A stretch of DNA of 64,000 nucleotides from Blasia pusilla (lineage: Eukaryota), in the NCBI GenBank assembly GCA_050084515.1, contig CM114271.1:19282001-19346000 (forward strand), given 5' to 3'. Positions 54,124 through 64,000 of the stretch are shown piece by piece. The notes below the pieces were generated by a model. The model did no database searches. It saw only the letters and a program-made list of their open reading frames with translations, and was not told where the DNA came from. A program made the translations under genes and the position numbers. Numbering within the stretch: the stretch's first letter is position 1; each line of letters starts with the position of its first letter.

Positions 54124-57080
54124 ATGGGAAGTCAAGGTGTTCCCCCACCACCATATCCTAGTGAGGCATGGCCATCTACCGGAATGCAACAGAATCCCAC
54201 TTTAGGTGGATGGTTTTCCCATGTACCCCCGCCTTCAGAATATGCTTCGTGGCCTTATGCACAACAACAACAAGAGAAATGGGCTGGTAGTAGTGTATCC
54301 TCATAACAACCATGGGTGCCATTTATAAGTATTTCTTATTTGATCTAGAGGATATTTGACCCGAAGAGACTTGAAATAGTCAAGTTTGATGTATTCTTTT
54401 GTTTTGGATTTGCTGCTCAAAGTTTTACAACTGTCCTAATTATACTATGCACTAAACTTAGGGTTCAGGACCTGATCAAGCAGATCTCTATCAAAGGGCT
54501 CCACACGCATTTTCTTATAGAGGAGGATCTGAACTACCTTCTCATGTCCATCATCTAGCATGACTCCAAGCCTTATTGATGGAGTCCAACCTAGTGAATG
54601 GACCAATGAAATGAATCAACATAAGAATGTGAATCTAAAACCCCGTTGCAAGTTAATGCCAAAGGGGTATTCAAAAACCAAGGTACATGGTTATGAGCCT
54701 TGGTTGAGTGATCTGAAAGTATGTGTCATGCGTAATCTTGACTTGTCATGCATCGAGATAAGTAGACAAGATCCAATAAGTATGGCCATGGTCACCAACT
54801 ATATAAATGAGTCCTATATTTATGTTGGTCCACCAGCTTTGGATTCTGAATTCTTACGAAAAAAGGTTTGCCAAACTCTTGAAAACGGAGAGGTCCACAT
54901 TAAAGGCCTATTGGCTAAAGAATGGGGGCCATCGAGAAGTCCCTTGTTATCCCGAAGTAAGGGCGGTGGAGTGGGAACGAATGGTAGACTATTGGATGTT
55001 AGAATATGGGAAATTCTAACATCCAACCAAATGACCAAGTCTAGGTCACATGTTGTGACTTTGAACTACAGCGGCTAGGCAGGTTTAGAGGGTTTTGCTG
55101 TAACCCCTGAACCTGACATGTGACTTGTACATAGCTAGCCTTGCACTGACCAGATTTCATTCAATGGGAATATTTATCAATCTAAGCATTTGTTTAAGTA
55201 CTCCTATGGAAGGGTGCATGTTTCCTATCGCAATTGAAGAAGTTCGAACTCTGCCAATGCTTTTTAACACATCATGTGGGATCTGTATTTAAGGGGGCTC
55301 CCAAAAGAGATATTTCTCTTCATGGTACTATAGCAGAGGATGTACCATTACCACAACCAAACTCCACAGATTTTAGTGGAGCTTCATGGGTAAGTAATTT
55401 TCTGTTTTAAAGATGGTGAGTTAATTTTTCTTCTTAGTAAATTGGTCCATTTGATAGGATGTCTTAGAGGTAAGTTTTTGTGCATATTTTTGTGATAACT
55501 TTTACATTTTCTTCATAGAGAGTCGAATCCGATATCACTACCCACCTGAATAAGGTGGAGTGCAAGTTTGATGAAGGTATACGTGATATGAGATCACAAA
55601 TTGAGGTCGGGCAAAGAGAGCAAGAAAATAAGTGGAGTGATCAACTTCTTGAAGAGAAGTTAAATGTTCATATGGGTATGGTGTCAAAATTGGCTGAGAA
55701 TGGGAAAGAAACCACCTCGAATGTCTCAACTGATGATGCACTTGTAGACAAACCATCAACTCTCAAAAGTAAGTCCAACTTCTTAGTTCTTCCTTGCTGT
55801 TTTTTTTACAGTTCTTTGGATTTTTTGAGTTAGTATCAAACACTCTTTATGATTGATTACTTACATGGCTTGTTTAGGAGGCAATCGAGATGAACTTGAT
55901 AGCCTCAATACCACAAAAATTGGTATAGAGGTTAAGAAATCCCCTACCAAAAAAAAAAAGACAAAGCCACACATGAATGTTGGCTTTCAAGATCATACTA
56001 TTGTTTCTCGTAAGATGCTTTTACTCCCCTCTTTGTAAAACTGGACTCATAATTTGGAGACATTTTACTAGTCTTACTGAGTGTGGAAATGTAAATCTCT
56101 ATTGGGAGTGAGTTGTTTGTTGTAAGATTTAGCTCCTTTAATGAGTGAGGCCTAAAAATTAGGGGTAGAAACTCTCATTGAAACTCATTTTATGTATGTA
56201 AGGGGAAGATTGATCATCCTCATGCAAGCATCAGTGAGAAAGCCAGCTCAATGACGGCTACCAATTCCCAAGGTGCATCTCTGTACCACTTACATATTTC
56301 ATTCCATGAAATATTCACTTCTTTTCTCTTGCTGATATATATATTGCACAGATTATGTAAACCTAGCTAGACAGAAGTAGAGATTGTGAGAATAAGTGGC
56401 ATAATTTACTCTTGTACATCCTGTTTGTTGTATAGGTGAAGCAATAATGGACATACAGGCTTCACCAAAACTAAAGAAGAAGGTTAAGGTAGCCAAGAAG
56501 TTGGTTGGGAGTGTAGGTAGTGTGTCAGAGTGTGATTTAAAAGTCTTGAGCACCAAGAAACAAAGAGTAAATATTAAAGCTTTCTCGAGTTTGCAAGTAA
56601 AGTTGATGTGTTCTTCGTGACAACACTATACATGCATGTGTGTTTCCATTCTCATTTTCTCGTACCCAACTAGGTGAGGCTTGTGGGCTTTTCAAGGAAG
56701 TTAACAATAGGTGGATAGAGCTTCACCAAGGTAATGAATGTGGTTATAATAGTTAATCCACTATTGTAATGTTATTATGTTGGCATCTAATCAAGTGTTT
56801 TAAATTGGTATGTATGTAGTTCCGCTTGGGAGATGAAGTACACCTTACGCAACCAAAGCTCAGCAGAAACATATTGGGTCACGGAGTAGTCTCAAGTTTG
56901 AGTGGCTGAGACAAGTTCCAGGGGAAGGATATCAGTCCGGGTTTGGTGAAGGTGGACCTGAAAGATACTACGCAACCTGATTACCAATTATGGGAGCCAA
57001 ACACATTGGACGAACCTGCCCAACTCACACTAGGAGATGCAATAGGGACTTGTATCATTTGGCTAGAGTTAAATCTTTAA
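54124..57080 (+). pseudogene. CACTA TnpA-like multi-exon remnant
   Basis: VEWERMVDYW...SNQMTKSRSHV (54965-55050) and GHGVVSSL...VKVDL..PDYQLWEP...TLGDAIGTCIIW (56875-57065) resemble En/Spm TnpA modules. Confidence 0.6.
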
Positions 57081-58181
57081 AAACCTGCTCATTAGAAACT
57101 CTGATTTTGATAACTTTCAGAGCTTTGGAGATGGCATCAAAACTTCTTGAAGCCATTTTTTTACCTTATGTGCACTTTTTTCATTCAATCTCTATTTTTC
57201 TATTTTCCATATTGAGGAGATTCTGACGCTTATCTGTAAGGACTCCTAAGGTTGGGGTTGTATTGTACACATGATAGCTATGAATCTACACATCCTTGAT
57301 CTGCAACATTGTGCTTGTGACTACTGCACCTTGAACATCTCACTCACTTGCTGTTGTTTGGGGGATTTTAGAGACAACAATGCACCATGAACATCTCACT
57401 CACTCTTTTTGAAATTGGGAAATTTTAGAGAATACAAAGACTAATAATATCATAGCGCACTCTGCTGCAAAAAGAAAGTTTTACTTTCTCATGAAAAAAA
57501 AATCACTCACAATAATTGTAGTGTGACCCTTGAGAATAACTAACATAGTCATTTGTATAACTAAGCCAGTCCATAATAACCAAATCAGTCATTGTATATG
57601 ACTCATACAGTCATTAATATTGCTATTGTAGTGACATCACTATTAATGTAGTCATTTAAATGACTCATGTCTCCAGTCATTTATCATGACTAAGCTAGTA
57701 GCACCCAATCATTTAAAATGACTCAAGCAGTAAGAACATGACTTATACATGACTCAACCAGTCACTTTATGACTCATATAGTCATTTTGAACGACTCGCT
57801 TAGTTGGAGTCATAGCATTCAAAGACATGTTGAGTCATAGAATATGACTCATGCAGTTAATGATTATGACAGTCATTTCCACCACGTGTCAAAATGACTA
57901 CAGAAATTCCATTTACACGTATCGTTGTATGAATGCATGAAGACAATGTCCTTTTTCATGTTGTGCCACATGGCCATTTGTGATTTGTTATTAAAATCCT
58001 ACTCAACATGCCATGTCATGTAATGACATGGCAAGTGTGGTTATGACTGAGTCATTTATGACATATGTCGTTCATTGGTGAAAATTATATCTTCCTCATG
58101 CCATGTCATACGCGGATGTGGCATAGTGATGTGGCGCTCATACGAGGTAGATTTGTCATATATCAACAACTATGAAATCAT

Positions 58182-58688
58182 TGTCACATCTTTTAGGCTA
58201 GATTGGTGAGATTTGGAAGAGCGCCTTCGTGAGTAGTGGAGGACATGCTCAATAGGTCGAGGATGACCTCTTGAGGCCCCGGGAAACCTGAGAGACTAGG
58301 TTTCGCCTTCGTTTCGGCTCATTTGGAGCCATATTGAGGAACTTACTATTTTAGGTAAGTACGATTTTGAGCACATGATCGAATTTCTATTTTTGGTAAG
58401 TGGACCTTGAGCTCCTACATTAGGTCAAGAACCAAGGAGGTGACTTGAGAGCATAGGTTACCATGGAGAGAGCTTGGGAGAGGGGACGTGTATACCTCAA
58501 GGAGAGAGAGCAATGGACCTTGAGCTCAAGGTCATCCGAGAATGAGGCGGAGGAGCTCTGGTCTTGCTTGCCTTGTGTGTGTAACCCAAGCCTCTCATTA
58601 GAATGGGTTTGGTTTGACATTGAGAGAGACATGTGAGAGTGCACACATTGAGGACTATGGTGTCGTGAGAGAGATTGCATCTTATTTT
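58182..58688 (+). repeat. LTR-like repeat family X, 5' ~500 bp
   Basis: Starts TGTCACATC; inverted relative to the copies at 4486, 11273 and 63533. Confidence 0.85.
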
Positions 58689-60310
58689 ACAAAGAGAGAA
58701 TGAGTGAGTGAGAGAGCTTCATGGGGGAGCTCGCTGGTTGCTCAATGTTTGGTGCAGGTTGGGGGACTGTGGTAGTGCTCACCGGAGCAAGAGGCGTGCG
58801 AGTTTGCTGTTTTTCTTTGCTCATTTTTTGTATGGGAGAGTGGCACGCGGAAGCGCTGCCCAATTTTTGATAGGAATTGAGTATGGGGTGGATTGCTCCA
58901 TGTCGGTACTCTCAGGAGCACCATGTAGCTTGCTGATTTGTGTTCTCAGAGGTTTTACATTTTTGTTGGAAGAAAGCAGTGCAGAAGCGATGTCAAATTT
59001 TGTGTAGGAGAAAGAGACATTGGGCTTTACGACAGTCCCTATCAGTTCTTACTGGAATATTCGATTCAAAATATTTTTTGGCGCGTTGTAGATCGTGAAG
59101 GTGGGCACGTTGTGCAATAAATGATGTGCAATTTAGAGTTACGAGAAAAAAGTTATGGTCAATCTTGGAAAATTGCCATTGCTAGGCGATTTTTAGGGTT
59201 AAATTGTTCAAACCCTAAACCAACCGCCGTGCCGACGGCGGCGGTCGCCATCATAGTCACCGTCAATGGTCCACCGGAAATAGTCCGCCGTCACCATCAA
59301 CGGTCAACCGTCATCATCAATGGTCCACCATCCACCATCCATCCTCCACCGTCGGCCGCTGCCGCCGCCTAGCGCTGCTCAGGGCCACGTTTGGCTGTTG
59401 TCCACCCTTTAGTTTCCATTGCCGCCATTACGGAGTGGAGGGTCTTCCAAAGCCACTGTTGATTCTTTGACTTGTGCCGCCACCACGTACTTTGGTTTGG
59501 CCGCCACCGTCATCGTAGTTTCGTCATCAACCAGTGATGGCAAGTGACCTCGGGTTAAGGTATTTGAGTTTTTATTTCATGCTACTATGTTGTGATTGGT
59601 AGTCGCTTGACGACGATCGAGTATTGTGCCGTGACATCCATAGCCACAATGTACCACAGATTTCCGTGTCGTGCCCCTCATGGCCCCACCGCACCGTCTC
59701 GATCGCGGAGCCGCTCCTTCACTAAGGAGCAGAGCGTGTGAATTGCTGATTGAGGAGGATATGCCGCCGAGTGCCGCATCCCATTCGCGAGTGCCATGCC
59801 GTCTGTAGCCGTTCCGTGCCGTCAGTGCCGTACCGGACCGTTGGACGTGCACCGCATATCGAGGAGGTTTGAGCAGCGTCAATACGAGAGGAGTACGGCT
59901 TGCTGATTGGAGGAGTTGTCTTCACGACCGAGTTGGGATCGAGATTTGCAATTGCTGAGGAGCAACATCGACACTATTGTCATGTTACCCATTCTGATCT
60001 CTTACCCTGTACGTGTAAGGGATTTTCGAGTATTGGGAAGTTATTTGGGATATTGGGTTTCGTGCTGATGCTGAGAGCATCGATGATGTATGGGTTTAGG
60101 GGACATAGACATATGTGAGATGTCCAGAGTTGAGGATGGTTTATCGATGAGACAATAGATCAGTTGATTTGCGGCACCACGTTGCTTGTTGCCGCACAAT
60201 ACACGTCTCAGTAAGAGACTGTAGATTGAGTGCCGCATGTTCAATTTTAGTGATTGAGGGATTTCTTGCGAGATTGAGAGTGATCGTGTGAGAGGGGAAT
60301 GAGGGCCATC

Positions 60311-61712
60311 ATGGCGTCCTTTCGGGATTTTGAGAGGCGAGGTAGTGGATCTGAGAGTAGCTTTGGAGGGTTTATCCGGAGGGGTGCGAGGTTTCGAGGG
60401 TCTCCACGTAAGAGACCACCTCGATCTCCTTTTGTGTCATCTTCAGACAAGGGGGAGCGTGTAGAGGAGTGTGTTAGTGATCCACCGTATACATTGAGTG
60501 GTCCTACCAGTTGGGCTTACAAGATGGACAACCGGGGTAGAGGACCGCGTAGATTTCCGGGTGTTGTAGACACTATAGAGCTACATGACTTCATTGCGGA
60601 GTTTAGGAGTTGGTGTGACTCATAACGGGCTAGGAACTCTAGAGAGTTCAACCCATTTACAACATAGAACGGTATTTTCCAACATTTAGAGGGGGCGTCC
60701 ATGGAAAATAACCATGAGTTCTCCCACAGATATGCCCAGGAGATTGAGGCATGGCAATTGTACTATGATCCATACTATGTGCCATGGATGGAGACATTCC
60801 CAGATGAGGAAGAGGAGTCAAGAGAGGCTACTTCCTCTTCCACTAGTGATGTTTTAGGAGGGGTCACTCACACTAGAGTAGTTGCACCATCTAGTCGGGT
60901 TTGTCTCAGGTTCAACCTCGTGGTTGAGTTCTTCGCTGAGTTGAGGGCGAGCTACCAGGGGTATGGACGGAGAAGTTGCGGAGCATCCATGACTTCCACA
61001 GGCTTACACTCGCTTGCATCGATTGATCAACGTCACTTAGGGAGTGATAGAGGCTTAGGCTATCTAGTCATGGTACGCGATGCTAGACCGGACCCTATGG
61101 ATACAAGTGCGGGAGGGGTTGCTTCTTATGAATACGTCCCCTACATTGAGAGATGTTTTTAGGACCACCGAGAACATTGATCACAACATGGTGGAAGAGA
61201 GCGTAGCCACCATGGATTCTGGGCGAGAGTTGTCAAGACGATTGTCTGCACTACCTTTGCAGTAACGTGGACTCCTAGATAGGTCGACTGTGGCACCACG
61301 AGCTCAGGGATGATATCAAGAGGCTGTGCCATAGAGACATGCGCCTTAAAATGCGTCTCAGTAGTAGCCGCCTGCGATTACTTGTTGGTCATGTGGTGGA
61401 GCCCATCATGAGCGCGATTGTCCTCGTCAGGGTCATGGATGTGTGCCTGAGCATGACGGAGGAGATGGTACTGCACCACGAGGTTATCAACGTGAAAATT
61501 GTTAGAGATATGGTCATACACCCACCAAGTGTTTCAGTTTACACCCTGAGTTATGTCCGGACCAAGTGCCTGAGAGGGCACCACAACGAGTAGCCGGTCC
61601 GGGTGGGCCTAGAGATCATGCACCTAGTGGTCTGGTTACGGGACGAGGAGCTGGAGTTTCCAGACACGGTGGTAGAACTGCCCATGGAGGACGTAGAGTT
61701 CCACCACCTAGA
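60311..61712 (+). pseudogene. Gag with two zinc knuckles
   Basis: ELHDFIAEFRSWCD..FQHLEG, FNLVVEFFAELRASYQG, CWSCGGAHHERDC (61383-61421), RENC*RYGHTPTKCFSLHPEL. Confidence 0.75.
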
Positions 61713-62301
61713 TGGAAAATCGTTGACAGTGTCTGTGACAGCGATGGCCGCCGCCGGCGTGGCGGCTGGTTTAGGGTTTGAACAATTTAACCCTAAAATT
61801 TGCCTAGCAATGAAAATTTTGCAAGATTGACCATAACTGTTTGCTCAAAACTCCAAATTGCACACTATTTGTTGCACAGCGGGCACAGCTTCACCATCTA
61901 CGACAACGTCAAGAAATATTTAGAATCGGACATTTCAGTAAAAACTGACGGGGACTCATTATCTGTTTGAATCATAGGTGTAGTGATCAAGCAACGGCCA
62001 GGAGATATGGCGACTTTAGCAGCATTTTGTTGTGCCATCACTTGGCCTAGTGCTTTGATTGAGGGACATGTCCATACATAGGATACTACCGTTTGTGACA
62101 TTTCTATGGAGAGGAGTGTCATGGTAGCTTTGGGGCTCGATTAAGGAGCTTCGACGCTTAGCCTATGAGCATGTGCAGACCGTGTGGAGCGAGACGTTTG
62201 CACTAGAGTGTGATAGGTCAGAGGAACCCCAGGTAGGCAGGAGTGTTGCTATGACCCCTTTGGAAACCACCCGGATTTTGTGATGCATCCCAGAGGAGGA
62301 T

Positions 62302-63250
62302 ATTCGGGTGTTGGATCTCTTTGGAGGGATGAGCAGTGGGTTAGCTGTTGTTTTGTACGCTGGAGTGCACATACAATAGTACGTGTATGTGGAGATTGAT
62401 GATGTTACAAGACGCGCTTCACTTCACCGTGTGGCGCAGTTATGCCTCCGTTTTCCCAACTTCTTGTCTGCGTCCGCCATTCAGGGTTACTAGAGTTCCT
62501 TACCGAGGGACATTTCATTGTTGGGGGCGCATGACTTGGAGCGGGTAGGGATTGTAGGCTTGGTCATTTCTGGTTGGCCGTATCAGGGCCAATCGAGTGT
62601 TGGACGAGGTAGCAAGTTAGCTAACACTCGGTTGAGGTTGTTCTGGGAGATGATGCGGATCTTGCAAAATTTACAAGAGCATTAGCCTCATTCTCCAGCA
62701 TACATTTTGGAGAATGTGCCGATTTTGGGCGATTCGAGGTCCTACGTGGTGACGAGTGCACATTAGGTGCGCGTATGGATCGGCCCCACAGTGTTGTTAG
62801 ATGCGGAAAGTGTAGGTTCTAGAGCACACCGCCCGTGTCTTTGGTGGACCAACTTGGTACCATATGAGGTGTTGCGGAGGGCTTACGCAAGAGTGGAGCG
62901 TCCCTTTGATTTGTTGGTGGATTCTGTATTGGATTTGGGCGGTCAATCACAGGAAATTAGGCTAGATGATCGACCACCGTTGATTGTGGTCAATAGGATT
63001 GGTAGGCCACGGGCAACCTTTCCCACATTGGTGAGTTTTCCCGCTTCCTATGCATTCAAGGAGGCCGGAACTGGCTTGGTTTGGGATGACCAAGTACAGA
63101 GGTTGGTGGATCTCAACGCAGATGAGCGAGAGCGAGCGATGGGATTCCCCACAGGAGTGACGGCAGTACCGTCACTATCAGAGGCATCACGACGTCATGT
63201 CTTGGGTTAGGCAATGGACTTAAACTGCTTGACATGGATTTTTAGCTTAG
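62302..63250 (+). pseudogene. DNMT3-like cytosine-5 DNA methyltransferase domain (motifs I-X, linear order)
   Basis: One frame with only point stops: IRVLDLFGGMSSG (I), YVEIDD (II), RDI (III), SGWPYQGQS (IV, Cys>Tyr), YILENV (VI, 62701), RAHRPCLWWTN (VIII), DERERAMGFPTGVT (IX), SRRHVLG*AMD (X). Confidence 0.93.
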
Positions 63251-63532
63251 GAGTAGCTGAGCAGCGTCGTTTGAGGATGCGACAGATCACAACTCTTACG
63301 CTAGTGAGCCCCATGCCTACGGAGATGGTTGAGGCAGTGGCTGGCGGCCAAACTCGAGGAGATCGACACACCAAAGGTGATCGGAAGAGACACCCTTGGA
63401 CTTCTTGGGATGTTTTGCAGGTACGCCAAGAGATGATAGCCACAACATTGAGCGTGGTTCCGGGTACTGCATGTGGAGATGAGAGTTCTATTGTCCGAGG
63501 CGGGGTTTCATCATAGCAACCATCGACATCCG

Positions 63533-64000
63533 TATCGTGCAAATACACATCGCTACACAACATACATCGTTGTCATCTAACACACACACAAACACACACG
63601 ATCCCATGCTAACTCATGGCATCCAAACAGCGAGACAAGAAGTACTAAAATATCTCCAATAAAGTAAGATCCAATCTCTCTCCACACTATCTCACACCAT
63701 AGCTCTCAAAGGTGTGCACTCTCTCTCATGTCAAACCAAACCCACTCTCCTAATGAGCGGCTTGGGTGACACTCACAAGGCAAGGGACCATAGCTCCGCT
63801 GCCTTATGCCAAGAGGTTCAACAAAGAGAGAATGAGCTCTCAAGCTCTCTCTTGGAGGTATATCCCCTTCCCTCTCCCAAGCCCTCTCAACCGTAACCTA
63901 TTCTCCCAAGTCACCTCCTTGGCTCTTGACCTGATGTAGGAGGTCAAGGGCCACTTACCAAAAATATAAAGTTGATCATACACTCAAAATGATACTTACC
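63533..64000 (-). repeat. LTR-like repeat family X (runs off window)
   Basis: Starts tatcgtgc; matches 11273-11693 and 4686-4813. Confidence 0.85.

Larger units (their letters stand above)
45413..58181 (+). mobile_element. CACTA (En/Spm) transposon, degenerate; right TIR not found
   Basis: CACTAGAAGAA TIR at 45413; TGACT/AGTCA subterminal clusters at 45430-45615 and 57540-58110; TnpD and TnpA remnants inside. Confidence 0.85.
58690..63532 (+). mobile_element. Degenerate Gypsy-type retrotransposon, copy 2 (leader - gag - [protease replaced] - complete C5 DNA methyltransferase)
   Basis: Gag-like frame from 60311, homology to copy 1, full MTase motif set; interrupted by family X at 63533. Left boundary approximate. 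Confidence 0.85.

Noticed and set aside
57540-58110. CRISPR-like short repeats (ATGACTCA)
   Set aside because: Irregular spacing in both orientations; these are CACTA subterminal repeats in a eukaryotic context.
62302-63250. Host DRM/DNMT3 gene or bacterial restriction-modification contaminant
   Set aside because: Intronless, continuous with gag/protease, present in two copies, decayed like neighbouring TEs, and lacks DRM permutation or a partner nuclease.

Overview
TE-dense land-plant nuclear DNA (bryophyte-like by my reading; inference). The only clearly intact host gene is a 3-exon alpha-expansin (21525-23184, minus). The main discovery is two degenerate copies (1-4446 and ~60311-63532) of one Ty3/Gypsy-type retrotransposon family. 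Their combined polyprotein reads Gag with two zinc knuckles, aspartic protease, a linear DNMT3-like cytosine-5 DNA methyltransferase, [RT/RNase H not seen in the window], integrase C-terminus and a PHD finger, so the element carries both a chromatin writer and a chromatin reader. Also present: a Helitron Rep/PIF1 pseudogene preceded by an intronless EDM2-like triple-PHD ORF and an isolated NCS1 transporter exon, a >12 kb CACTA element (TnpD and TnpA remnants), a hAT transposase remnant with four related MITEs (8-bp TSDs), Copia remnants, several LTR families, ~350/650-bp tandem arrays and two perfect hairpins. All domain calls come from manual translation and motif recognition; no database search was run.
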